Shown: positions 9,114 to 18,391 of the stretch, piece after piece
Position numbering within the stretch: position 1 is the stretch's first letter
Layout of the letters: the number at the start of each line of letters is the position of its first letter
Assembly (NCBI GenBank): GCA_964367375.1
Contig: CAYIXG010000004.1
Coordinates: 59,556-123,555, forward strand
DNA length: 64,000 nucleotides
Direction: 5' to 3'
Origin: Candidatus Woesearchaeota archaeon
Lineage (GTDB): Archaea > Nanobdellota > Nanobdellia > SCGC-AAA011-G17 > UBA489
Notes under the pieces: model-generated
Told to the model about the DNA's origin: nothing
What the model saw: only the letters and a program-made list of their open reading frames with translations
Database searches by the model: none
Program-made: the position numbers and the translations under genes

Positions 9114-9749
9114 TTACTTCCACCTCTCGTGTACACACCCCTTCAGATACGCAGCAACCTTTTCCCATTCCGCCCCCTGCATGTGCTCGTCACTCCCTCT
9201 TACCTCCACGTGAAAAAGATAATACTTCTTCTCTCTCGCTGTAATTCCTTCATATGTAATAGAAGCCTTTTGTGTTTTATACGCATCCTCTTTCAGCCTT
9301 TTATACAACCACTTCTGCTGCCTTGGAATCAATATTCCAAGATACCCTTTCTTCACATACTGTCGCGCTTGATTATAAAAATGATAAAAACTTTTCCATG
9401 GCAACTCAAATGACTTATCATAATAGATCATTGACTGATTCATTTCTTGTTCAACCATTCTTAACCCCTTTGTCTTAATCACCTTCTTTTCTTTCACTAG
9501 ATCCTTCCACATCTGCTCAAAAAAATCTTTTTTATAGAAATGACCCTCACACGATGCCGCTGTCTTAACGCCAAATCTGTGCAAAAAATAGCATACTCCC
9601 TTCAGATTGTCATCACCCTTTTCATACGCTTCATCGCTCCTCTCTTTTTCATCCCTCTTCACATGATACGACCATCTCCCTGTCGCAGAAAACCATCTCC
9701 TCTGATGATGCGCTTTATGATCTATAATATCCACACTTACCTTTTTCAT
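9114..9749 (-). CDS. Hypothetical protein with TxxSCEGH motif
   Basis: DDNLKGVCYFLHRFGVKTAASCEGH; co-oriented between gltX and rpl7ae with GAGGG SD. Confidence 0.6.
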   Translation of the reverse strand: MKKVSVDIIDHKAHHQRRWFSATGRWSYHVKRDEKERSDEAYEKGDDNLKGVCYFLHRFGVKTAASCEGHFYKKDFFEQMWKDLVKEKKVIKTKGLRMVEQEMNQSMIYYDKSFELPWKSFYHFYNQARQYVKKGYLGILIPRQQKWLYKRLKEDAYKTQKASITYEGITAREKKYYLFHVEVRGSDEHMQGAEWEKVAAYLKGCVHERWK

Positions 9750-9760
9750 TTCCCCTCTTT

Positions 9761-11413
9761 TTACTGATGCGTAAAAATAAACTGATATACATCGCCCTCT
9801 TTCTTTTCAAATCTTGCAAACCCTTTTCGCTCAAACTGGACAATCTCCCCCTGCCTCACATACTTCACTGCAGGCTCACCCACACACTCCTTTATTGTGC
9901 CATCAGGCATCAAGAGCTCAATCTTCACCACTGCATTCACTGCAGGAACCCAATGAATCAACTTTGCCTCAATTTTTGGATCATGCTCCTCAGAAAGAAA
10001 CACATAATCCACAAAATTAAACAAGTGCATGAAGCGATATGTCTTTCCGTCCTCTACCTCATCCTCAATGTAAAACTCGTTTGTTGTTTCCACCTCTTTT
10101 GCTCCCAACTCTTTTCGATCAGGATGCAACGGCACCTGCACCTTTTTGAATGGGGCATTTACAATCTTTATGATTCTTGGATGCTCAACAACAAAATACC
10201 TCTTCGCGTTTTTATCGAGCACCTCGCGGTCGTACTTGTAAATTGATTTCATAAACTCATCAAACTCCACCCTCTTGTCCACTTTTGACGGGCCAAGCTC
10301 CTGCACGTACCTCACAAACGCTTGCGGTTGCAACCCGCGACGCCGAAATGCTGCCAACGTGGGAAGTCGAGGATCATCCCAGCCTGTATACTCTTTTTTC
10401 TCAATCGACTCCCGGAAACCTGACTTTGAAATCCTTATCCCTTTAAAATTGACTCTTCCAATATGGATGAACTCGGGAATGTCCCACTTAAAAAACTTGT
10501 ATATGTACATCTGCCTCTCCATATTCACAATATGATCTTTTCCTCGAATCACATGCGTTAATCCTGCATCGTGATCATCAACTGCAACTGCAAAATTCAT
10601 CAATGGCCACACCCTGTATTTCAACCCGTGTAACGCGTGAGGATTTGTGTCAATACGAAACGCAGGCCACTCTCGCACTGCAGGATTTTTATGGTGAATA
10701 TCTGTCTTTATTCGCGCAACCGCCTCTCCGTCATCCAACTTCGTCAACATTAACTGCCACAACCTCTTGTTTTCCTCAATTGTATTGCTTCTGCAGGGAC
10801 ATGCCTGCCTCTTGTTCACCAACTCTCGAAATGCTTCTGCATTGCACTGGCAAATATACATGTGGCCCTGTTCAATCAACACCATCGCATGCATGTAATA
10901 ATCATCCATCCTGTTTGACTGAATGATTAATTCATCCACCTTGCCTTGCGTAATCCACATCGCATCCTCTTTCAGCAGATTATATGCTGGAGAATAAATG
11001 GCCTCAGGGTTTGTATCCGCAATTCGCACCACTAACTTTCCCTTGTACTTCTTTGCGTATTCTGCATTCAATAACAATGTGATAATATGGCCGATGTGCA
11101 TTGCACCACTCGGGCTCGGCTCAAAACGAAACACATACGGTTTATTTACCTTCTTTAATTCTGGCAATACTTTCGGCCCTACTTTTTCTTTCTCTTCTTC
11201 CTCATATCCTAGTTTCTTCAGTCTTTTTTCTTTCTCTTCTTTGGATAGTTTTTTACATTCCTTAATTGCTTTTTCAATGCTCTTTAGAACTTCCTTCACC
11301 GTTTCTTTTGCTGAAGGATCTTCTGCAATGACGCGCCGCAGCACAGACTGCGCATCAACATCTTTATACTTCAACCCACAAATGAGCACGTGCTTCACAA
11401 TAGAGTCTTTCAT
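9761..11413 (-). CDS. gltX: Glutamate--tRNA ligase (archaeal type)
   Basis: RFEPSPSGAMHIGH, CQC...CPCR zinc site, THVIRGKDH, ISKS, GWDDPRLPT, VQFERKGF. Confidence 0.96.
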   Translation of the reverse strand: MKDSIVKHVLICGLKYKDVDAQSVLRRVIAEDPSAKETVKEVLKSIEKAIKECKKLSKEEKEKRLKKLGYEEEEKEKVGPKVLPELKKVNKPYVFRFEPSPSGAMHIGHIITLLLNAEYAKKYKGKLVVRIADTNPEAIYSPAYNLLKEDAMWITQGKVDELIIQSNRMDDYYMHAMVLIEQGHMYICQCNAEAFRELVNKRQACPCRSNTIEENKRLWQLMLTKLDDGEAVARIKTDIHHKNPAVREWPAFRIDTNPHALHGLKYRVWPLMNFAVAVDDHDAGLTHVIRGKDHIVNMERQMYIYKFFKWDIPEFIHIGRVNFKGIRISKSGFRESIEKKEYTGWDDPRLPTLAAFRRRGLQPQAFVRYVQELGPSKVDKRVEFDEFMKSIYKYDREVLDKNAKRYFVVEHPRIIKIVNAPFKKVQVPLHPDRKELGAKEVETTNEFYIEDEVEDGKTYRFMHLFNFVDYVFLSEEHDPKIEAKLIHWVPAVNAVVKIELLMPDGTIKECVGEPAVKYVRQGEIVQFERKGFARFEKKEGDVYQFIFTHQ

Positions 11414-11445
11414 CTCTCTTTTCTGAATACTTTCACTATAAATAC

Positions 11446-12159
11446 TTATCTTCCAAAACGCCTATCCCGCTTTTTAAACTCTTCAATACACTGAATGAAG
11501 TCTTCCTTTTCGAACTCTGGCCACATCTTTTCCAGATAAAACCACTCGCTATATGCAGCCTGATAATTCAAGAAATTGCTTGATCTTTTCTCGCCACCAG
11601 TCCGAATAATCATATCAGGCTCATCCTTCATATACAAATGATCAGCAAACAACTCTTCATTAATCTTTTCAATGTCTAGCTTTCCTTCCTTCACTTCCTG
11701 CGCAATCCTTTTCGTTGCATCTACAATTTCGCTTCTTCCCCCATACGCTAATGCGATGTTAATAATGTGCTTCTTGTATTTCTTTGTCTTTTCCATCACC
11801 TTTTTCATTGATTCTTGAATATCCTCAGGAAACATGTACAATCTGCCGATAAAATTTAACCGAATCTCGTTTTTTTCAATCCTCTCATCGCTGTTAAACT
11901 TGATGAAATTTTCCCTAAATAAATCCATTAAAAATTCAAACTCATCTCGTGGACGCGAATGGAAATTTTCCACAGAAAATGCATACAATGTTAGCTCTTT
12001 TATGCCTATATCCTCACACCATTCAAACAATTTTTCAATCTTTCTTGCTCCCCACTCGTGACCTCGCCATGGCTTTAACAGCAATCTTTTTGCAAACCTT
12101 CTATTTCCATCTAGAATGATCCCAACATGCTTCGGCACTGCATTTGAAGAAGGTTTCAT
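11446..12159 (-). CDS. uppS: cis-prenyltransferase (UppS family)
   Basis: PKHVGIILDGNRRFA, YAFSVENF, YGGRSEI, IRTGGEKRSSNFL, RRFG. Confidence 0.96.
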   Translation of the reverse strand: MKPSSNAVPKHVGIILDGNRRFAKRLLLKPWRGHEWGARKIEKLFEWCEDIGIKELTLYAFSVENFHSRPRDEFEFLMDLFRENFIKFNSDERIEKNEIRLNFIGRLYMFPEDIQESMKKVMEKTKKYKKHIINIALAYGGRSEIVDATKRIAQEVKEGKLDIEKINEELFADHLYMKDEPDMIIRTGGEKRSSNFLNYQAAYSEWFYLEKMWPEFEKEDFIQCIEEFKKRDRRFGR

Positions 12160-12199
12160 CTTCCTCTTTTTTTCCTCTATCTCCTTTTTAAACTTTTGC

Positions 12200-13276
12200 T
12201 TAAAAAAAGAAGATTGCTATTCCTATTATAAAAAGAATATACAAACAGAGAAGTAACATTCCCTCCATCACTCGCGAAAACCACTGCATCTTTGTAAACC
12301 TGAAGAAAAGCAGTGTCATGATAAGCGCAATTGGCAATCCGAACCAGAGGTCAAACCTTGTCATTGTAAGGGGCGTTATCAGCGCTCCAATACCTCCTAC
12401 CAGAAGAATATTTGCTATGTTTGACCCTACAAGGTTTCCTACTAATAAACCTCCTAACTTTTTTCTTGCAGAAACAAACGTCACTGCTAACTCCGGGAGA
12501 GATGTTCCTATTGCAATTGCTGATAAACTTATCATTTCAGAAGGAACCTGCACACCTTTTGCTATGTTTATTGCAGCACTCACCATAAATTTTGCACCAA
12601 GCGCAATTCCTAGAACGCCTATTATTACAATTATGCCATTTTTGGCTATCATTCCTAATACTTGTTGCTGACATGCTCTATACTTATTAATGCCCTGCTT
12701 TTTTAATCTTATTAGTGTTCGATAATCTAAACCATTCTGTATTAGTCTCTCACAATTTATCATTGAATGGACTTTTTTTTCATTTTTCATTAATTTTTTT
12801 ATCAAGTTGTTTCTTTTTTTCTGCACATGCTCTGGCTCTTTTGTTATTCTATAATATATGTATATCACAAACAAAAAGACTAATACTAATCCTTCGCCTC
12901 TTGATACTATCTTATCACTTGCAAGAATCAGAAATAGTGTTGTGATACATCCTAATATAATAATATCTCTTCCGTACACTCCTCTTTTCAATGGAAATAT
13001 AAAGATCATCGATGCTAATCCTAGAATAAGACCAATATTGGTAATGTTACTCCCGATTATTGTACCTACTGCTATTTCAGGAGCTCCTCTCACTGCTGCA
13101 GCAATGCTTGTTCCCAGTTCTGGTATTGATGTGCCTATTGCAACAACTGTTAATCCTATCACCCACTGTGATACTCCATACCATTGCGCGATTCGTTCCA
13201 CAGCCTTCACTAATATATCTGTACTTTTAACTAGCACTCCGAGTGCACCTATAAAAATAAGGACCTGCAGTAACAT
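12200..13276 (-). CDS. Calcium/sodium antiporter (YrbG/CaCA family)
   Basis: Two alpha repeats GTSIPE...GSNITN and GTSLPE...GSNIAN; about 10 TM helices. Confidence 0.92.
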   Translation of the reverse strand: MLLQVLIFIGALGVLVKSTDILVKAVERIAQWYGVSQWVIGLTVVAIGTSIPELGTSIAAAVRGAPEIAVGTIIGSNITNIGLILGLASMIFIFPLKRGVYGRDIIILGCITTLFLILASDKIVSRGEGLVLVFLFVIYIYYRITKEPEHVQKKRNNLIKKLMKNEKKVHSMINCERLIQNGLDYRTLIRLKKQGINKYRACQQQVLGMIAKNGIIVIIGVLGIALGAKFMVSAAINIAKGVQVPSEMISLSAIAIGTSLPELAVTFVSARKKLGGLLVGNLVGSNIANILLVGGIGALITPLTMTRFDLWFGLPIALIMTLLFFRFTKMQWFSRVMEGMLLLCLYILFIIGIAIFFF

Positions 13277-13385
13277 ATCATCCTCCTTTTTCTCCTTTAC
13301 TTGACATAAATCCTTTATAATCCTTCTCCTTTCCTTAAAAAGACTCTTTTTCTCTTTTTATGCCTAAAACACCTTTCTTTTTCCT

Positions 13386-13400
13386 CGAAAACTTTATAAA
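13386..13400 (+). promoter_or_regulatory. Archaeal BRE-TATA promoter
   Basis: CGAAAACTTTATAAA; the same CGAAAnn(T)TTT(A/T)AA pattern occurs at 15255, 20306, 38736 and 41169 upstream of genes. Confidence 0.65.
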
Positions 13401-13445
13401 CTATTTGGTACTAACAATTGAATACTCTATATCAGTGATAATACA

Positions 13446-14885
13446 ATGGCTGCACTTGACATTTTTACTGTTGTCCAAGGATTTCTTACCATAATCCTTT
13501 TTGTTGTTGCGCTCTATTTCTGGCAAAAACTGCGCAGAGGATTTGATATCAGCAGCCTGAAATCCATGCGCTTATATACTATTCTCTTCCTCTTTGCCAT
13601 TCCCTTTATTATTAGCGTCCTCGCATTCATCGAAGATGACATCCGTACCCTCTTACAACACGCACTCTATTTTTTTCTCTTCTTTGCAGCATTTGTTGTG
13701 ACATTCCGCACCTATAAAAATTATATAAGCATCAGAAAACAGGATCTTCGCGACTTATATGAACAATCAGGAAAGCATCCTATTCGACTTGCCTTTGCCC
13801 GTGAAATTATTGTTCCTGAACTTCAAACACTTACTCGTAAAAGGAATGAGCTCACTAAACTCCAACGCACCATTGACCTGAAAGAAAAGACAACAAACCT
13901 CAAAGAAAAAGCACTCCAGAGAAAGGAACACAACTCTGCTGCAAAACTTAAATCATTACAGCAACAGAAAGAAGCCCTTTCCACAGAACGAAACACACTT
14001 GATAAGGAACAGATGGTTGTGAGAAACAAGAAGAGAGACGCACAACGCAACCTCCTTGATGCGCAAGCAAAAAAAGCGCACATCGAAAGAATTGTTCTTG
14101 CAATAAAAGAACGAGAACAAGCCCTTCAGAAGAAATATGAACAAGCCTCCCAAAAAGAAGCCAATCTCAGCATTGAATACAAAGAAGCAAAAGAAACAGC
14201 GTTGAAACAATTCAAAGAAGAGCTTACCGTATCAAAAAAAGACATGCAGGAAAAACTCCAGGCAAAACTTGCAGACCTTGCCAAAAAAGAAAAAACACTT
14301 GATGCGCTGGATAAAGAAATCAACGAACTCAAACGAACCCTTAAAACAAAAGAACATGATATTGCAGCGTACGAAGCACAAAAGAAGGCGGCAGAACGAA
14401 ATATTGAACGTTTGACAGAAGAACAAAAACAGCTCAAAAAAGCAGAAGAGGCATTCAAAAAAGAACGCGAATCTCTGGAACACACCCGAAGAGAACTGAG
14501 AAGCGAGTCCAAAACATTCGACAATGAACGTGCGTCCCTCCTCGCAGAACGGGCAAAAATCAAACGAAAAAACGCCCGCATCCTCACTATCGACCGAGCA
14601 CTCCAGGAAGAAAAAGAAAAACTTCGCACAAAATACGCTGAACTCGATCAACTCATGAATGATACCAGGCAGAAAGAACGAGAACTCGCACGAGAACGAG
14701 ACACATTGAAACGATTGCAGAAAGAGCTCGAACATGAAAAAGCACGATTAGCTGCAGAAAAAAAAGAAAAAAACAACGGAAATGGAATCAAAGAAAAGAA
14801 AAAACAAGGAAACGGCAAAGATTCATCAGTCGTTGCAGACGTTAAAGAGAAATTTGATTCCCTCTTCGAAATATTTGGATGGTAA
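13446..14885 (+). CDS. Membrane protein: three N-terminal TM helices plus a ~330-aa coiled coil
   Basis: Hydrophobic first ~90 aa; K/E/Q/L heptad-rich remainder; terminal KEKFDSLFEIFGW; no Walker motifs. Confidence 0.7.
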   Translation: MAALDIFTVVQGFLTIILFVVALYFWQKLRRGFDISSLKSMRLYTILFLFAIPFIISVLAFIEDDIRTLLQHALYFFLFFAAFVVTFRTYKNYISIRKQDLRDLYEQSGKHPIRLAFAREIIVPELQTLTRKRNELTKLQRTIDLKEKTTNLKEKALQRKEHNSAAKLKSLQQQKEALSTERNTLDKEQMVVRNKKRDAQRNLLDAQAKKAHIERIVLAIKEREQALQKKYEQASQKEANLSIEYKEAKETALKQFKEELTVSKKDMQEKLQAKLADLAKKEKTLDALDKEINELKRTLKTKEHDIAAYEAQKKAAERNIERLTEEQKQLKKAEEAFKKERESLEHTRRELRSESKTFDNERASLLAERAKIKRKNARILTIDRALQEEKEKLRTKYAELDQLMNDTRQKERELARERDTLKRLQKELEHEKARLAAEKKEKNNGNGIKEKKKQGNGKDSSVVADVKEKFDSLFEIFGW

Positions 14886-14890
14886 TACAC

Positions 14891-15244
14891 ATGGGAACCT
14901 TTGAACAAGTCATCTTCGGGCTGGACATTTTTGCAGTCATCTTTGCATTCTTGACAGTCATCTTCATGAAAAAGCTTCGAGAATTTGAGCTTGCAGACAT
15001 CGAACGTAGCTACAACGCACTCCTCTTTGGCGTGTTCTTCGGATTTATCATCACATTCCTCAACCTTATTGTCTATGCAGAACAAACATTCCCCGAAGAA
15101 CTTGCATCCCTCATACCTGAAATAAGCACGTATGCTGGATACTTCCATAACATTATCTTTTTAGTCCTCGCACCACTTTTTGGTGCTTGCGTCTTGGTCA
15201 GCATTATTCTCTTGAGAGACATGCAATTCCCTGTTCGGAAATAA
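14891..15244 (+). CDS. Small three-TM membrane protein
   Basis: Three hydrophobic segments; starts 5 nt after the upstream stop; resembles the TM region of the upstream gene. Confidence 0.65.
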   Translation: MGTFEQVIFGLDIFAVIFAFLTVIFMKKLREFELADIERSYNALLFGVFFGFIITFLNLIVYAEQTFPEELASLIPEISTYAGYFHNIIFLVLAPLFGACVLVSIILLRDMQFPVRK

Positions 15245-15254
15245 AAACTCCAAG

Positions 15255-15269
15255 CGAAACATTTATAAA
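15255..15269 (+). promoter_or_regulatory. BRE-TATA promoter of psmB
   Basis: CGAAACATTTATAAA about 45 nt upstream of the ATG. Confidence 0.6.
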
Positions 15270-15314
15270 GGAGTTTAAACACCTCCTTACTTATCTTTCT
15301 GGAGCTGTTCATTC

Positions 15315-15962
15315 ATGACCCAAGATGACATTGCAGATTCGGTCAAAAAAGGAACAACAACCGTTGCCATCATGTGCGCAGACGGCGTTGTGCTTGCAGC
15401 AGATAAGCGTGCAACCTTAGGCGGACGCATTGTCGGCCACAAAAAAGTAGACAAAGTCTTTCAAATTACAGATAGCATTGGACTTACTATGGCAGGATCT
15501 GTGAGCGATGCACAACTTATCGTTAAAATACTAAAGGCTGAACTTAACCTGAGACGCATCAGAACAGGACGCGAACCCACAGTCAGGGAAACCGCAGCCC
15601 TCCTCGGCCAAATAGTATATGGCAATGTGAGACGCTTCAGCGTCATTCCGGGCATCACCGGATTCCTACTTGGAGGAGTGGACATGCGCGGATTTGCACT
15701 CTATGACATCGGCATTGATGGTAGTGTTTTAGGACATGATGATTACATTGCTGATGGCTCAGGATTCATGATGGCACTCGGCGTGCTTGACACATTATAC
15801 ACCAAAAACATGAAGGTTGCTGACGGCATCAAACTCAGCATCAAGGCAGTGAACGCAGCTATGCAGCGAGACACCGCAACTGGAGAAGGCATTGACGTCT
15901 TCACCGTCACCAAAGCAGGAGTCAAAAAAGTATACCACAAACAAGTAGAAATAACCCTTTAA
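15315..15962 (+). CDS. psmB: Proteasome subunit beta
   Basis: Propeptide then KGTTTVAI (catalytic Thr), GVVLAADKRAT, AGSVSDAQ, GSG, RDTATG. Confidence 0.96.
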   Translation: MTQDDIADSVKKGTTTVAIMCADGVVLAADKRATLGGRIVGHKKVDKVFQITDSIGLTMAGSVSDAQLIVKILKAELNLRRIRTGREPTVRETAALLGQIVYGNVRRFSVIPGITGFLLGGVDMRGFALYDIGIDGSVLGHDDYIADGSGFMMALGVLDTLYTKNMKVADGIKLSIKAVNAAMQRDTATGEGIDVFTVTKAGVKKVYHKQVEITL

Positions 15963-16032
15963 CATTTATGGATTTACCCTTTTTTCATTGAATATCTTAT
16001 CCTATTATTTTTTACATTAAGAGACTTTCCTT

Positions 16033-17931
16033 ATGCCAGATATCTTTGCAGAAATCAAAAAACACCTTCCTGCAGACGCAGACATTAGTGACACTGCTTT
16101 TGAAGGAGCAAACATCATCCTCTACACCAAAAACAAAGAATTCTTCCTCCAACGCAATACTGTCATTCGTGACATTGTCTCCATCATCAAAAAACGCATC
16201 GAACTCAGACCAGATCCCAGCCTCTGCATGGACCTCGAACAAGCAGAAATCGAAATCAAAAAAATTTTACCAGCAGAAGCAGGCGTTACCAGCGTCCTTT
16301 TCGACCCCGCACGAAGTGTTGCCGTCATCGAAGCAGAAAAACCAGGACTCGTCATCGGCAAACAAGGAGAAATCCTCCGCGACATCAAAAGCAAAACCTT
16401 CTGGGTGCCTGAAGTGCACCGCACCCCCATCATCAGAAGCAAGATCATTGAAAACATTCGCGGCGTGTTATATCAAACAAACGACTACCGCAAAAAATTC
16501 CTCAACAAGGTTGGCCATCGCATCTACGACGGATGGGTGAGAGAACGCAAAGAAGAATGGGTGCGCGTCACCTTCCTTGGTGGCGGAAGACAAGTCGGCA
16601 GAAGCTGCATCTTTCTCCAAACACCCGAAAGTAGAATACTCCTTGATTGCGGCGTGAATACTGCATTCAATGACCAAAACGCATATCCTTATGTTGACTG
16701 TCCAGAATTCAAGATTGAAGAACTGGATGCCATTATCATTAGTCATGCACATCTTGACCATTCAGGATTTGTCCCTTTCCTCTTTCGCATGGGCTATAGA
16801 GGACCAGTCTACTGCACTGCACCCACACGAGACATTTCCGCATTGCTCGCACTTGATTTTATAGGTGTTGCATTCAAGCAAGCAAAGAAAGGACTCTTTG
16901 ACGTGGATGACGTGAAAGAAATGGTCAAACACACCATCTGCCTCGGATGGGAAGAAGTGACTGACATCACTCCAGACATGCGCATCACCTTCTACAACTC
17001 CGGACACATTCTTGGGAGTAGCATGATCCACATCCACATCGGCAATGGACTGCACAACCTCCTCTACACTGGAGACATGAAATATTTACGCACCCGCCTT
17101 CTCGACCCTGCAGTCACCTCTTTCCCTCGATTAGAAACTGTCATCATTGAAAGCACCTATGGAGGAAAAACAGATATCCTCGGATCGAGAAGCGAAGCAG
17201 AACTCAAATTCATCAAATCCATTGATGCAGCAGCCAAGCGCGGAGGAAAAATACTCGTCCCTGTCTTAGGAGTAGGAAGAGCACAGGAAATTCTTGTCGT
17301 TGTGGAGAAAGCGATACGCGAGGGATTAATCCAGCCGATTCCAGTCTACTTGCAGGGCATGGTCTGGGACATCACTGCCATTCACACTGCCTATCCAGAA
17401 TTCCTCAACCAACAACTGCGCAAAAGCATCTTCCACAGGGCAGACAATCCTTTCTTAAGCGACATCTTCAAACGCGTCGGCAGCAGAAAAGAACAAGATG
17501 ACATCATCGAAAGCGAGCAGCCCTGCATCTTAGTTGCAACTGCAGGCATGATGAATGCAGGTGCAAGCTTGGAATACTTCCGCAGACTTGCGGATAATCC
17601 AAAAAATTTGCTCATCTTTGTCAGCTACCAATCAGAAAACACTATTGGGAAGAAGGTGCAAAACGGCGAAAAACAGATCCAACTTAACTACGGCGACAAA
17701 CCAGAAATCATCACCGTGCGCATGGAACTTGTTACCATTACCGAATTCACCGGGCACGCGGGAAGAAATGAACTGCTTCGTTTTGTGCATAATTTAAACC
17801 CAAAACCGAAACGCATCATTGTTAATCATGGAGAAAGCACCAAATGCATCGAACTCGCAAGCACATTCCACAAAATTAACAAGCTGGAAACGTGCGCACC
17901 AAAAAACTTAGAGACGATCAGAATTAAATAA
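16033..17931 (+). CDS. fttA: aCPSF1/FttA beta-CASP ribonuclease with KH domains (transcription termination factor)
   Basis: KH motifs FEGANI and KPGLVIGKQG; LGGGRQVGRSC, SHAHLDHSG, GHILGS, ESTYGG, NHGE; conserved adjacency to psmB. Confidence 0.96.
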   Translation: MPDIFAEIKKHLPADADISDTAFEGANIILYTKNKEFFLQRNTVIRDIVSIIKKRIELRPDPSLCMDLEQAEIEIKKILPAEAGVTSVLFDPARSVAVIEAEKPGLVIGKQGEILRDIKSKTFWVPEVHRTPIIRSKIIENIRGVLYQTNDYRKKFLNKVGHRIYDGWVRERKEEWVRVTFLGGGRQVGRSCIFLQTPESRILLDCGVNTAFNDQNAYPYVDCPEFKIEELDAIIISHAHLDHSGFVPFLFRMGYRGPVYCTAPTRDISALLALDFIGVAFKQAKKGLFDVDDVKEMVKHTICLGWEEVTDITPDMRITFYNSGHILGSSMIHIHIGNGLHNLLYTGDMKYLRTRLLDPAVTSFPRLETVIIESTYGGKTDILGSRSEAELKFIKSIDAAAKRGGKILVPVLGVGRAQEILVVVEKAIREGLIQPIPVYLQGMVWDITAIHTAYPEFLNQQLRKSIFHRADNPFLSDIFKRVGSRKEQDDIIESEQPCILVATAGMMNAGASLEYFRRLADNPKNLLIFVSYQSENTIGKKVQNGEKQIQLNYGDKPEIITVRMELVTITEFTGHAGRNELLRFVHNLNPKPKRIIVNHGESTKCIELASTFHKINKLETCAPKNLETIRIK

Positions 17932-17941
17932 CGAGAATAAT

Positions 17942-18313
17942 TTATTTTTGTTTTATTTCAACCCGTGTTTCTCCATTTACCGTGTTCGTCTCTATTCTAT
18001 TCATTACTCCACCTATCATTACTTCTCTGACACACTTCACTCCAGTTTCACTTCTTTCACATCTTACCAGGCCCTCTTGAGACATTTCTTTCTGATCTTC
18101 CCTTTTTTCCCCTTGAAAACGGCTTGTTACTTCTTCAAACGATCCTTTTTGACCACCAAGGCTCTGAAAAAAAGAGTCAACTGTTTGCGTGTTTGTCTTT
18201 TCGATGTTCATTTTTTTCGCTTTTATTGCACTCCCAGAAATATCTCCCTCTTGAAGCATGAGAAGAAACGCAACCCCAATAATAACTCCAATGATCACCA
18301 TACCTTTTTTCAT
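17942..18313 (-). CDS. Secreted/membrane-anchored hypothetical protein
   Basis: MKKG followed by a hydrophobic helix, then ISGSA; one Cys pair. Confidence 0.6.
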   Translation of the reverse strand: MKKGMVIIGVIIGVAFLLMLQEGDISGSAIKAKKMNIEKTNTQTVDSFFQSLGGQKGSFEEVTSRFQGEKREDQKEMSQEGLVRCERSETGVKCVREVMIGGVMNRIETNTVNGETRVEIKQK

Positions 18314-18391
18314 CTTCTATTCTTGCTATTTTGTTCTATAAAAACCTTTCCCGATATATTTATATAATCTATTTCCTCTTTCTTTATTGAG

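Noticed and set aside
13446..14885. SMC/Rad50 ATPase
   Set aside because: No Walker A/B, hinge or zinc hook; has N-terminal TM helices instead
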